A stretch of DNA of 64,000 nt from Octopus vulgaris (GCA_951406725.2 OX597824.1:8246001-8310000), one strand, 5' to 3'; shown: positions 25,463 through 40,698, counted from the first letter of the stretch. Program-made: numbers and translations. The notes: generated from the letters alone by a model not told the origin.

Positions 25463-25657
25463 TCATCATCATCGTTTAGCGTCTGTTTTCCATGCTAGCA
25501 TGGGTTGGACGGTTTGACCGGGGTCTGGGAAGCCAGAAGGCTGCATCAGGCTCCAGTCTGATCTGGCAGTGTTTCTACAGCTGGATGCCCTTCCTAACGC
25601 CAACCACTCCGTGAGTGTAGTGGGTGCTTTTTATATGTCACCGGCAAAGGTGCCAGG
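25463..25657 (-). mobile_element. RTE LINE 3' end
   Basis: (cat)n-cgtttagcgtctgttttccatgctagcatgggttgg...ggatgcccttcctaacgccaacc. Further copies at about 27203-27400, 35131-35325, 59242-59485 (minus) and 51347-51447 (plus). Confidence 0.8.
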
Positions 25658-26540
25658 AATTTCTTTAAGCATCAAATAACTGTGAGGGTCCATCCAAGTA
25701 TTATTGAAATCAAAAGGGTATCCATGAGCAAAAAATGTTCAAACATCAGATAAGATGACAGCTCTAAACATTCCGAGTTCAAATTCTGCTTAAGGATTCA
25801 AATCTTACCTTTGGTCAGAGCTATGCCATAAAAGATTGTTATAAAAGATGCCCTCTTAAGAACTGACAAATCCTTCAGCCTTACACAGCTATTCACATTT
25901 CCATTGTGGACTCTCACATGTGGTGGATTGCAGCATGTTATGAGTTAAGCATGTGAAAGAAGACTATGGTACATGAGGAAACATCATGTAGCAATCCATA
26001 ATTATCCAGCCGTTATGATTAATTACACCAACTGTGGAGGTACCATTGGTCTCCCGGAGCAGCTTCTTTCATTCCTATTATCAGTGGTTTCAGAGACAGG
26101 ATGGAACTACCATTTTTACTCATGTCATTAAGAAATATAATACAATAGTATTAGAGTCGAAATTGTGCAGCCGAGCAGCATTAAACTCACATAGGACAAA
26201 AGCAACAGGATGAGGTATATCAGATTTTTTTAAGTACCTAAGTCAGAGGCCACATATTTGAGATCAAATTGTACTGCAGTAAATATGATAGGTACTACAG
26301 CAGCCTGACCAAACTCTCACACATTTTACAGAGTTGCTATTGCTTACACTTATTTAGGAATAGGACGACAACTTTTGGGAGGTAATTATTTTACTCTGAG
26401 TTGGAAAGATTTTCTTAGATAATATTTTATAGTCAGATGCCCTTTTCATTACCTCCTACAACATGCAAAGATGCAGTGTACCAAGAATGTTAAAATAGGT
26501 ATGTCGCTTCCGTGTGTGTCACAAGGGGTGACTGGTGACA

Positions 26541-26848
26541 GTTTTGTTTTGTTCCTTCTCGAGCTAAGCCTGGCTCATAAGGGCCAGTTTCTCGGTTTCC
26601 TTGGCATATAGGTTCCCCACCTGGACGGGAAGCCAGTCCGTCGCAGGTGATCTGCAAGATGCAGGAGGAAAGAGTGAGAGAAAGTTCTGGCGAAAGAGTC
26701 AGGAGAAGTTCGCCATTACCTTCCGCTGGAACCATGCGGAGTTTAGGTGTTTCGCTCATAAACACACACATCACCCGGTCTGAGATTCGAACCCACGATC
26801 CCTCAACCACGAGTCCGCTGCTCTAATCACTAGGCCATGTGCCTCCAC
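26541..26848 (-). mobile_element. tRNA-SINE family G, full length
   Basis: Minus strand A box tggcctagtga, B box gggttcgaatct, body cctgcgacggactggcttcccgtccagg, (aaaac)n tail. A 3' fragment also lies at 14148-14226. Confidence 0.8.
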
Positions 26849-29334
26849 TGTTAATAGGAAGGGCGCCTGGCAGTAAAGTACTCTCTAAAAATGCATCCAA
26901 CTCATGACACCACAGAAAAGAAGACATAAAAAATAATGATGACCTACAACCACAAAACTAGTGACAGGCAAAAACTTAACACCTTGGCTAACCACTTGAT
27001 ATCCTGTTAAACTATTCACTATATAAGTACGCTCAGTATACCTACACAGGAGTGCCCTTCCCGACTTTATTTCATTGATAATGTTCAGAAAGACAGATAA
27101 TTCTTTGAAGAAATTCTCAAATACCTTTCAGGTGGTGTACATTCCACTACAATCATAATCTACACCATCTGAAAGGTATTCTGAAAGGTATTCTGAAAGT
27201 TATCATCATCATCATCATTGTTTAACGTCCGCTTTCCATGTTAGCATGGGTTGGATGATTTGACTGAGGTCTAGCGAACCAGATGGCTGCACCAGGCTCC
27301 AATTTTGATTTGGCAGAGTTTCTACAGCCAGATGCCCTTCCTAATGCCAACCACTCTGAGAGTGCTACCGACACAGAGGCCTGTCAGACGGTACTGGCAA
27401 TGATGAGGAAACAAAACAGGTGTGGGGCAAAACACTTGTGTGGGTATGCCATACACTTTACACTATCACTCACAAATTAGGGGTAATCATCCCACACCAC
27501 CATATTCACCAAAACTCTACAAACACAGATCTTTTAGCTCCTCTACAACCAAGGTTTCTCTGAAGCTGTTACTACCTAAATTCTGACCCTATAACAACAG
27601 AAACTCCACATGCACACAAACACTCACTGTATCCCTACCTTCTAATCAAATTATGACCAAAAACAAACATTACCAATACTGGAGAATGGACACAGTTAAC
27701 ATATCATAAAGCAGTTGTATGGAAAATATTTATTATATACACCTCCCTGTAACCCAAGTGTACGTCCCATCACAACTTCATCTTTTCTCTCTCTCTCTCT
27801 CTCTCTCTCCCCAACTGAGATAGTCATGCATCTTTTCCATTGCAAGACTTCTATCTCTGTACCTCTATTCATACCCTAATCTTTCATCAACTCGTACTAA
27901 GTCACTGCGGCTGGTGCCTCGTAGAAAGTATCCAGCATACACCATAAAGTGGTCGGCATCCAGCTGTGGAAACCATGCCGAAGCAGAACAGAGCTTGGAG
28001 TGGTCTTCCAACTTTGGCCAGTTCTGGTCAAACCGTCGAACACATGACAGCATGGAAGGCGGAAGTGAAATGATGATGACAAAGCATTTTGGCTCTGACC
28101 AAAAAAAAAAATATATAAAATCAGCACAAATATCAGAGACCAGACAAAACAACAGCAGAAACGAAGTAGTCCAAACACTTTCATAATTGAATATAGAACA
28201 GCTTTATCAACGTTTAAAATTCTGAAACACTGGTTTTAGACGGCTTCTTGTTTTTCTATGAACAATGAAAAGAAAATTGTGTGCGTAGCTGACTTCAATC
28301 ACCTATTTCTTTACTAAAAATACAGGTGATACAATTTAGCTCTGAATTTTTTTTTTTTTTATTCAAATATACAGTTTTGTATGAATAAGAAAATAATTTA
28401 TCTAAAAAAGTGGGTTGAATATAGGAAGGAAGGGATAACTAATAATAACGATGATGACAACGTGTCTGTAATGCCTGAAGCACATTTTAAAGTGGATAGA
28501 CAGGTTTACGAAAGAAGGAATGCTTCAAGTTTCTCTATACAATTGGAAGAGATAAGGAAGAAGCTTGGTTAAGCAACACCGTTTAGTCACCATCGAGATG
28601 AGAGGAGGGGGAAAAAACAAATGTAATTTTGTTGTGGCATATAGGACAGTTTAACCAATGTACATCTACAATAAAGTGTTATGTATGTGTGTGTATGTGT
28701 ATATATATATAAATTAGGGTATCTACGAGATGCCACCATGCTGAAAATAGCAGCCATGATCTGACTAAAACCACCTAGACTGTTCATATATCAACACGGA
28801 GAGAAAACAAAGAGACAAGATGAAACTAGTAAAAAAATTACTGGATAATTCTAGATCCTGGATTTCTGACTTTGCACTTGGGAATGCTTTGCCTCGTCAG
28901 TAGAATACACACAGAAGAGAAACATAAATACATATATATAAACACAACATACGAATACTTACATATACGAACGTGTACCTACACATATATATATATATAT
29001 ATATTTACTAAAATAATGCTATTATTGTGATAGACGTTGAAGAATTTACAACGGATTATTCACTGATAGTGTGTGACTATATTGAGAAGGGCGGCAAATC
29101 TATTAGGAGGGCCAGCCAGGTTTCGCTTATCGGATGTTCAACTAGTCTGGTCGAAACAACAATTCCGATAAGGCAAAACTTGAAGCCCGCAATCCACTTG
29201 ATCTCCAAAATAAATGCGTGTATGTGTGTAAATATAAACACACATGCACATCCAGAGTTTTAGAGGACCAGGAGAGAATTAACTTTAAAAATAACCACAC
29301 AAGCAAACACGCTGGTGATGATAGTGGATAGAAA

Positions 29335-29370
<36 letters not shown>

Positions 29371-30162
29371 TCATCTATTTATAAAGTAATTCGTGTAGGA
29401 CGAAAACCATAGAGGTTAAGACTATGTATAAACTCAACTGCTTTCCCTATACAGAAAAATATTCAACAATGTTGAATAAATTCTACCTTATAACTTTCCA
29501 CAAACTTTATTTCAAAATATGTGCTACAACCGAAATACCTTTATTATTATTATTAACGAAAGGTTTTTAGATAGATGGTTTATGAAAGTTATACGAGAAC
29601 ATGCCACACAGTAGAAAAAAAAATAGTGTTAATGTAGTTCTTAGGTGATGCCAAAATACATTGTTTTTACTAAGCCTCGGGGGTTAGGTAACCAGTCATC
29701 TAACACTCATCTAAAAGAACTTCTAACAAGGTACAGATTGGCACACAAAGCGCGACGAGCCACGATTGTGACCGTCAAGCACCGGTGGACAGGCCACGAT
29801 CGTGGCCCAAATACATGCATTTAATTTAGGGGCATCACTCAAACAGCTCCGATACCCCACCAGAATGCAAAAGGACAAATAGTTCAACTAATGACTTTTC
29901 ACATGAAGTATAACTTGCCACCATTATACACTAAGGAGATATTTTAATTATTTTTTTATGTGTGCAAGGCAGTTTCATTTTCATAAAATGTGCTCATCAG
30001 TCCATGCTATGCAAGTGAAAATCCCAGCATTTTATGGGTTATGAATATAACACATGTACAAGAAGCAGTTTGAGAGAAAATATCTGGAAACGAACATGTT
30101 TCTTATAATCAACTTCGCGCGCACTTCTCCCTCCTTCCGCTCACTGACACAAATACGTAGAG

Positions 30163-30475
30163 CCACATGGTTCCGGGTTCAGTCCCACCGCATGGAGTCT
30201 TAACCACGGGGCCGACAAATGCCCTGTGGGTGAATTAGTTGACGGAAAATGAAAGACGCCTGACGTGTATGCCCTCATCACTGCTTGGCAACCGGTTTGG
30301 TTTTATTTTGTTTACACCCCTGTAACTTGGCGGTTCGGCAACAAAGACCGACAGAATAAGTACAAGGCTTAAGAACAAAAAATAAAAAATTAGAGTTGAT
30401 TCGTTCGACTAAAACCCTTCAAGGTGGTGCCCCAACATGGCCGCAGACGAATGACTTGAAACAAATAAAAAGATA
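30163..30475 (+). mobile_element. tRNA-SINE family A, old copy
   Basis: ccacatggttccgggttcagtccc...gcggttcggcaa...atgacttgaaacaaataaaa. Confidence 0.75.
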
Positions 30476-31559
30476 GAAAAAAGAACTCTATATAATTGGA
30501 CCAAACAAGAAATCATTAAATAAAATATTCGCCTCGTCTCATAAAACAACTGGTATTTTCGAAAAACCGAATATAGGAAACTCAAAAACCCCAAACGAAG
30601 AATGTGGGGAGTGATTCCTCTTAGTCACTCCGCATTCCTCCTATTTTTCCATCCCATTTCACATCCAAAATAACCACGAGTTTCTAAGCCTTAAAACAAA
30701 CAAAAAAATGGGTTTTTTTCCCCCTCTGCTTTTCTTTATATTTGAAAGAAGCCTTTTAAAAACACACGGCCAACTTGTGCATCGACAGCCAAGTTTGAAT
30801 GGATTTATTTAAATGAATGGATGGATGGAGAGATGAATGAATGACAAAGGCCTATAAAACAAAAACCCCGTTCAAAGCACAAATATGACGAGAGTTTGAT
30901 ATTGAATTTGTTTCGTAACATCCATTACGAAATTGAACTTTAAAAAAAGGAATACAGGATACCAAACAATGCCTAGAAATAATTATACAGGCTCCAGTGC
31001 TTGAAAGACGTGTATGTTACATTATATATATATATATATATATGATGTACATTTATGCATATGTACACATATACACATACATATTTATATACATACTTGT
31101 ACACATGCTGTGTGGATGTATAAATAAATATACACAAGTACACACACAAATTCGTACTCAAGGGAATCTTTCGTTAGTGGAACGTAAAATGAATGCTAAG
31201 TTAAAACAAAATGACTTCGGCAGTAAACATTCATCTAATTTTTTAATTGCCACATTTCGAAAAATGATTGGAGAGCAAACCGTATCACAGGCACGATAGT
31301 TTTCAAATATGCAAACTGGAAACCAAATAATCTCGCTATATGAATTAAAATCCATGATATAATTTTTTTTTAATGGGGGAACCATGTGAAACATGTTGAG
31401 TGGTTTTACGATCAGTTTGTGGAGTAGAGAGGCACGAAACTTGGGCACGAATCATTCTGTTACTTCCGCCAAATATTAAATATATATATATACATACACA
31501 TACGTGTATATGTATGTATATACAGAGACGTGTGTGTGTGTACATAATATATATATAAG

Positions 31560-31624
31560 CATGTGGATAGATAGGTAGGTAGATAGATGATAGATAGGTA
31601 TATAAATATGTAGATATATAGAGG

Positions 31625-31676
<52 letters not shown>

Positions 31677-31790
31677 CAGATAGATCAATGGATAGGTAGA
31701 TAGGTAGATAGATAGATAGACAGACAAACAGATAGATAGATAGGTAGGTAGGTATAAAGATATGTATATATATAGATATATAGAGACAGA
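31560..31790. repeat. (GATA)n compound microsatellite
   Basis: Directly visible tandem GATA/GGTA/GACA. Confidence 0.95.
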
Positions 31791-32852
31791 CAGAAATAAG
31801 ATGTAAGCTTGCTCTACACAATGCACGAATGTCTTAATTTCAAGAGGAGAGAGAACATGTGGAACACTTTAGTCGAGACACATTGAAGGGGAATTTAACG
31901 GCGAAAAATATACACACATACAAACACACTCATCACACACACACAAGAAAAAAAAATTCGGCGGGATTTATTTACCCTGTATCCATCATCCATTGATAAA
32001 AAACGCAGAACCTCCAGCAAGCTGACTAACATAAGGCTCCACTATATTCTTCTAGATTATATATTTGTATTTCAAATTACGAAAGCCTGAGGCGCGTTTC
32101 CGGTACAAGAAAAAATATATACACACACATATATATATATATATATAAATTTAATTTAACAAAAAGTCATTAAAAAAAACACTACATATATATAAACGTC
32201 TTTTTATTAAAGCTCTCTTGCACTTTCTATCACTATATCTTTCACACTATATATCTATATATATAGATATATATATATTTCTATGGTTTTCTCTCTCTCA
32301 CTCCCTCTATTTTATCTTCTCTCTCTCTACATGTGCCTCTCTATACCTGTCTCTCTCTCTCACACCCTCTATTTCATCTTCTCTCTCTCACTCCCTCTAT
32401 TTCATCTGCTCTCTCTCTACATCTGTGCCTCTCTATACCTGTCTCTCTCTCTCTCTCTCTCTCTCACTATATATGTAACTCTATATCCCACCCTATATAA
32501 TCTGTTATTCTATAACTCTCTCTCTCTCTCTTTCCCCCTCTTCGACATTTCATAAAACGACAACAGGGCGAGCCGAAAGGCAAAAACCATTACACGATGG
32601 AAATTGGAGAAAAACGAAATGAAACGATATTACATCAATTATGATTAAAAAAAAAAAAAAAAGAACTCGTAGTTAGCTCCTTGCTTTACAAACTAACCAA
32701 ACCATCCATCCATCCATCCACCCATCCAGCCATCCATCCCCTTCACTTTTAAATGACTTCGTTACGCCCTCGCTCCTCTTTCATATCTATCATCTGTCTA
32801 AACACAACCATCGTTTTAACCCGGGAAAACTAGGTGACAGGGTGCGCGTATG

Positions 32853-33369
32853 AATACATACATACACACATACATACATATATATATATATACACATATA
32901 TAAATACATATATATTTACATACACATATACATATATACACATATATATACATACATATATATAAATACATATACACATACATATATATATATACATACA
33001 CATACATATATATATACATACACATACATATATATATACATACACATACATATATACATATATATAAATACATATACACATATATATACACACATATACA
33101 CATATATATACATATATATAAATACATATACACATATATATACACACATATACATATATATATATATACACACACATATATACATATACACACACATATA
33201 TATATATATACACACACACATATATATATATACACACACACATATATATATATACACACACACACATATATATACACATATATATATATACATATATATA
33301 TATATACATATATATATACATACATATATATATACATATATACACACATATATATATATATACATATAT

Positions 33370-33416
<47 letters not shown>

Positions 33417-33483
33417 CATATATATATACATATATATATATATACATATATATATACATATATATATATATATACATACACAC
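32853..33483. repeat. long compound (AT)/(AC) microsatellite
   Basis: About 630 nt of alternating purine-pyrimidine repeat. Confidence 0.95.
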
Positions 33484-34025
33484 GCGCGCCCCACACGTTT
33501 ATATATAAATTACAGACAGACAAACATTCCAAATATTTCCACCTCCTAATTTTTGTAATAAACCTATTGTGTACCAGTTTGTACACACACACACAAGCAA
33601 ACATGCCTGCGGGAATATACGTGTGTATGTATATATATATACATACACACACACACACACAGAGTCCACCCAAAAGCAGAGACCCTAACCAACTGTTCGT
33701 TTTCAGGCATTAACGAGTTTCAGAAAACCATTCAAAAACCGATTGCTTATAATTTTGGGTTTTCTCTTTCTTTTTTCTCTTTTGTTTTAGTAACAAATGT
33801 TTCACAACCGGCGTCGTCATCCACAAACTGATGATGACTCAACCGAACAGACTGCAGCAGCACAGTAAAAGCTCATTATTACAAAACACACATGGGGGAC
33901 GGGGACACACGTACGTACGTACGTGTATATATATATATATACATACACACACTCATATATATACATACTTATTCGTGTAACAATATCTATTTCAACACAC
34001 GGTTTCACATTAAGACTCTTGTAAA

Positions 34026-34027
34026 AT

Positions 34028-34064
<37 letters not shown>

Positions 34065-34095
34065 CATACATATATATATATATACATGCATATAT

Positions 34096-34166
<71 letters not shown>

Positions 34167-34187
34167 CATACATATATATATACATAC

Positions 34188-34230
<43 letters not shown>

Positions 34231-34257
34231 CATATATATATACATACATATATATAT

Positions 34258-34288
<31 letters not shown>

Positions 34289-34631
34289 ATACATATATAT
34301 ATACATACATATATATATACATACATATATATATATACATACATATATACACATATATATATATATATATATACATACATACATATATACACACATATAT
34401 ATATATATATATACATACATACATATATACACATATATATATATATATATATACATACACACATATATATATACCTACATACATATATATACATACATAT
34501 ATACATACATACATATATACATACATACATATACATACATACATACATATATACATACATACATACATACATATAGATACATATATATACATACATATAC
34601 ATACATACACACACATATATATACATACATA

Positions 34632-34663
<32 letters not shown>

Positions 34664-34685
34664 CATACACACACACACATACACG
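34026..34685. repeat. long compound (AT)/(ACAT) microsatellite
   Basis: About 660 nt of alternating purine-pyrimidine repeat. Confidence 0.95.
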
Positions 34686-35389
34686 CAAGTTTTTAAGCCT
34701 AGGTAAGAGGACAGGGTAATCAATATGGGACCGAGTAATCATCCCTTTCGTTTGCTCAGGCTATTCAGACTCTCAGGTCACTCAACCTATATATATCTTT
34801 GTAAAAGAGAGAGTAACCTGAGAGAAACAATAAATAAATATTGTCTTTCAGAGGTCGGCTCTTTCCGCCTATTCATCCCACCTACGGGTCGCAGTCACCA
34901 GATACTACTTTATAATTTTTTACAAATATTTCTTCTGTAATATCTCGCTAAGGCGAATAATGGTGTATCATGTGGAGTATTATGTAGGCGACGTGCGTGT
35001 GCGTGTGTATATATATATTCTCTTTTGATGTTGACTGAACATTAATACCATATCTGGGATTATGCACACACATACATACATACACACCCATATATACCAC
35101 ACACACACACACACACAAATATAGACACATATCATCGTTTAACGTCCATTTTCTATGATGGCATGGGTTGGACGGTTTCACTGGGGACTGACAAGCCGTA
35201 GGCTGCGCCAGGCCCCAATCTGATCTGGCAAGGTTTCTACAGCAGGATGCTCTTCCTAATGCCAACCACTCCAGGAGTGTAGTGGGTGCTTTTTACGTGC
35301 CACCGGCACGGGAGCCAGTCGGGGTAGGGGACACACACACACACACATATATATACACACGTGTGTAAATACATGTATGTGTGTGTAGG

Positions 35390-36010
35390 TTGAGTAGAGT
35401 CTCTCGCAGCCGAATTTCGCCTGTCAATGCAGTCTTCAAACGAGTTGTAACTCACCTGAAAAACAGGTGCACCCACAACAGTAGCTTTACCTGTGCGAAT
35501 ATAACCTGTGATGGACTACGTCAGAGAAGCATCGCAAGGAGCTTATAGCACAAGTGATAGGTAGAAGTGAGACAAGTGCAGAAGTTCTTAGCTGAGAGTG
35601 ACCTACAATAAACAGCATCTGTTGACCTGGGGAAGGCCTTTCATAAGGCACCGTGCCCTCCAGTGTTGTGGTATAATATATAAATGGAAGCCATTGTACA
35701 GAGATGCCATTAGCACCGTAAGAGTTAGAAACGGGTTGAACAGGTACCCGGAGTGGTCGAATGAAGTGTAGCGGGATGAGAGAGGCAGGTGAAGAGAGAA
35801 GCAAGACTTTATGTGCAGCAGAAACAACACACGAACAAGCTAGCAGTAAAGGGAACACCCATGAAAATAATTTCTCTCAAATGCTCTGTAAGCTCCCTAA
35901 AAGTAGTTGATAGCGTCTGTTACCTGGATGACCTAATTAGCAGTAGATTAGGTGTGCTTCAAAACCATAGTAACCAGAGTAAGAAGAAGGTGGGGGTGGA
36001 AGAAGCTCGG
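35390..36010 (+). mobile_element. highly decayed RTE LINE reverse-transcriptase fragments
   Basis: Short peptides LYRDAISTVRVRNG and LKVVDSVCYLDDLISS resemble RTE motifs (MY..A.S.VRV; LEVV.SF.YLG..I). Many deletions and frameshifts. Confidence 0.55.
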
Positions 36011-38364
36011 GTAGCTATTACTACCTCTCTCAATATGAAAAGCAATCGTATGATGCATCGACATCATCGTTTTAACGTCCAGGTTCCCATGCTTGCATGG
36101 GTCAGGCGGAATTCACTAAAGGAGTTTTTTTTTTTTTTGCTAAGACCAGGGGCCCTTCTTGTCATCAAACCGCACCTACTTCCACACGGAAGTAGAAAGT
36201 TTGATATCTCCCCCTACGGGTGGATATATCCGAGCAGACGAGAACAAACGAAGGATAGATCTCGTAAGACGATGATGACGATGACGCTCGTTCACAACGT
36301 CACAACCATCGCGCAATGTCGAAACAAGGAGACGCGCCGCAGCACACAAAACACACAGCAGGCTCCTGTTTACGAAATCGATTCACAGTGCTTCAAGTAC
36401 AAAACACTCGACTAAGATTCCATACAGAGGGGCTGAACCCGAAACCACGTGGATAGGAAGTGAATTTCTGAAGAGCACACTGCCTGTGTGTGTGTGTGTG
36501 TATATATATATACATACACATATATACACACATATATATACACACATATATATACACATATATACATATATATACACATATGTATGTATGTACGTAAAGG
36601 GAGATAACTCGTTATCCTCTACGGATCCTGAATGACAGCTTCTACTCTCTGAAATGATACCCAACCACTCAAGGAGTGACTTCGACCCATTCTCGCTCTA
36701 ATTTCTTCCTTCACTCGCTCAGTCTCTCCGTGCATCTCCGGTCAAGCATGACAGACAGAAAAACCTCATCTTTCTACTAACATCCACTTTCCTTCTCTCA
36801 CACTTTATTTCGAGGTTTCACAACCTCCTAATTCCACACTCAACTCGTTTAGCAAGAGGACAAACGAAAATAAAAAACACGAAGCTAATCATTATCATTA
36901 CATCACAATTACCATCAAGTCAAGCTGGTTCACATATATATATGTATATATATTATATATATCGAGCATCTTCATCGTACAAGCGGTGCCACTAGTTTCT
37001 AATCTTCCGTGAAAACATGTCCGGCTATGAAAAATGTTACCTTGCTTGGAAACAGGCGTGGAAGGGTATCCAGCCGCAGAAAATCGCAATAAATTCCGTC
37101 TGAACAATGCGAGCACAGAAAAGTGGAAGTTAAAACGGCGATTATTAATATATTTCGAGATGGCCATGACTTTTTTTTTTTTTTTTTTTTGGCGGTGGAA
37201 ATATATTTTATACTCAACATCTATGCATTGAATACTTTTTCAATAATATTTGAAAGTCTGTGTTATAATTAAACACAAAAGACATTATCTTTTTTTTTTT
37301 TGGAACGGTAAAACTCGAAGCAGATAAAGCTATAAACAATATCGTGTAAATATTGTATTAAAAACCCATCGGATAGAAAAATAATTATTTTACGCTCACT
37401 CGAAGTTTCTAAATTCTTAAGAAATCAACCACACATATATATATATATATATAGCACCCGTGCATCGTAGTCGTTGCCAGTGCCATGTAAATAATACCTG
37501 TACAGGTGGCACGTAAAAGCACTCATTACACTCCCGGGGGTGGTTGGTGTTAGGAAGGGCAGCTCTCCGGTTTTATCAGCTCTAGGAGAGTGAACGGTAG
37601 ATGGTGATACACACGCTTTGGGAGAGCGGACTAATTTAAACATTTCGTCATCCAAAAATGTAATTAACTGCTCGTTAATTGGAACGTTTAACTTATTCTT
37701 TCAAGCATTCCGGATTGTGGGGGAGGGGGGCGATTTGGTTTCAGATCTGAGAATAACTTCCTACTTTCCTCCCTCCCAGTCAAGGAGGCTTTGAAAATAA
37801 AATGAAAGAGATGCGGTCACTGCCCTTCCCTGCCCAGCTAAACAGTAGCAAAAAACACAGACAGAAATAGTAGCGGTTCGGCAAAAAGTATTCGACAGAA
37901 TGCGTGCCAGATTGAAAAAGAAAAAAAAAATAGGTACTGGGGTCGATCTTTTCGACTAAACCCTTCAAGACACTGCCCCAGCATGGCCGTAGCCCAATGA
38001 CAGAAGCCTATAATATTTATAAAGTATATAGAACTTCACTTCAACGCACCAATCTTCAGAAACTCTTTGTAAGTCATACACATGATGTATATACCTGTGT
38101 ATAGATGGCTAATATGTGAATGCATGTATATATACGTGGGCGTATGCATGCATGTATGTATGTGTGTGTGTATATATGTATCTAAAATAATACATATATA
38201 AGTAAAAATTATATATATATATGCATATAGAAATACGTACATGTACTTATATATGCATATACGTATAGATGAAAGCATGTATGTATGTATATATGCATAT
38301 ATTATTTATATTATATGATTGAACGCCACGCATCCTCTTCCAAGTGAGTTTTATCTATCTATAT

Positions 38365-38417
<53 letters not shown>

Positions 38418-40698
38418 CAGGTGAGGGATGGAAACCTCATTTTCAGTTAATTAATACAAACGAACAAATTGTAATAATGCTTTCTTTTCAAACAGTAATA
38501 AATGTGTGAAAAGTACACATGGTTTGTATCTTGGGTGACGGACTGACGATAAGACATTAGCAAAAAAAAAAATTTAATTAATTAGCTTCAGGTTTTATTG
38601 AGGACGAACAGGGGAAGAGTCGAAAGTAAAAGTCCTGAGAACGTGTAAATGGTGAAGATCTAGTTCACAACAAAGATATATAAACTGGGGAATAATGGAG
38701 ATGAAAACATAATAGGGAGTAAATTAAGGGATAGGTTAGGGTTAGAGCTCCAATTATTTAGATAATTCGACTGTAAATTAACTCCAAGATCTAGAGTTTC
38801 GTGTAACCAGAAAGAAAAAAACGGTTATTTATAACACATGGATGGTTGTAAGATAGAAGTATATTCACAAAAATAGTGTGTGAGTATATATATATAAATG
38901 TATGTATATATGGGTGTGTGTGTATGTGTTTTATATTATGCAGAAAATCATATTCACTCGATTGCAAACAGGACTATGGTCTACTTCGTCCTATCTAGTT
39001 ATATTCATGCTTTATATATTTTCTCGAGTCCTTTCTATAAGTAATAATTCCACAGAAGTTTATTAGAAACAAAAAAAAAGATACGAAAAGAGAACTTAAT
39101 ACAAAAAGATTGAACTAGATCACATAAGTTTTCAATCGGGCAGGCATGGACACAGATTAGATACATCTACGTATGTATATCATATGTACACACGTGTGTG
39201 AATTACTTACTAAATACACACCGTTATTAGAATTTATAGTCGCTAAGGCATCACCAAATAGAAGTGTTAAAGCAATGATTGTAAAGGTGATGTCAATGAT
39301 GATGATGTTGACGAGAGACAAAGTATATTAAATGCCTGGCTCATATATTCATTCATAATTAATATCAAATGGGTGCGAAAAAATGGAAGAGGGCAATTGA
39401 CAAATTAGGTAGTTTCTGGAGTCGAGTGGTGGGGGTTAGCTTCAACGAAATGCATTAACCGACTGTTCACCTCTCTCTCTCTCTCTCTCTTACTCTCTTT
39501 TATATATATTTATATACTTATATATGCATACATACATATTCACACATGTGTGTATAGTCAGTCAGATGATGATGACGAATAGAGGTGATTCACGTGTTGA
39601 TGCATAGCCCAGGGTCAACAAAACGAGCAGAGCAATAATCAAAGGCGTCCCATCCTTGACCAGCCCATCATTTTATTCAGATACAGTATCTAGGATTGGA
39701 TGATCCAATTACACACTTTCTATTCATTAAAACGAAACACTATTCAATGTGAGATTTGAAATCTGGCTTTTTTTTTTTTAGCGGGCTGGACCGATCGAGC
39801 GTGTAGAGGCTTGGTTCGACATGTTTTCACTATTTAGCCACAGGTCTATTATCGATTGAGCAGATAAACCTATTTATCATCCACGGCGTTCCAGTAATGA
39901 CTGTCCCGCTCTTTTTCTTCCGTTGTGGTGTAAAATCCAGTTTTCTTTTCAAGGTGCGTTTGGTTTGAAAGAGAGGCAAGATTCACCGACATTTCAAATA
40001 CAAGACAGACCGGTTTACATTTTGTCATAGCTTAGTCCTCAAGTCGGCTCCTCACCATCAAGCCCAATGATCAAAACAGTTCCAACCGTGCCAATCCAAT
40101 CAAGTCGTTTTTACCCCCTCGGTACAGTATAACCGGCCCCTATTTACAATACCTAATGAATGTGAGCGTCTACCCTGGATAGTAAAGTACTGTGTGTGTG
40201 TGTGAAATATGGCCCCTAACTTTTAAGGTAAGATAAGCAAGAAACGAGCCGCCACTGCCCCCATCCGAAGTACAAGGGGAGACAGAGGCTGGCCCCGCTC
40301 CTCACGGTGACACGCCGTTTCACATGTTAAGTTCAGGATAACCAACGTAGATATAACAGATACGGTTTCGAACCCGTTTTACCCCTCAAAACAGCAACGC
40401 AAAAGAAAGACAGAAAAAAAAGCAACAGAAGAACAGAGACAAAAAAACACAAAATCAAAACTAATGTTTTTTTAAATATTTTCCAAAACACAAACGGGGG
40501 AAAAAAAAAAAAAATAGAAAAGAAACAAACAACGACTATATTCCGGTAGAGAAAAGGAAAAAAGAAAGAAAGAGATACAAGAAATGGGGGGGGGATCGGA
40601 AAAAAGATTAAAAAGCTGGAAATGGCAAGAAATTAAAGGAATGAGAGAACAAGGAAAAGGAAAAAGAAAAAAGGAAAAAAAGAAAGTGGAACACTCAC

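Noticed and set aside
32816-34742. Long ORFs of 150-287 aa rich in Y/I/C/V/M/H/T
   Set aside because: Translations of AT/AC microsatellites, which lack stop codons by composition.
1-40698. SRPK exon 3 and kinase-domain exons
   Set aside because: Searched by eye for ILGSDDDEQEDP / GGYH / WGHFSTVW coding patterns on the minus strand and found none; presumed beyond the left edge.
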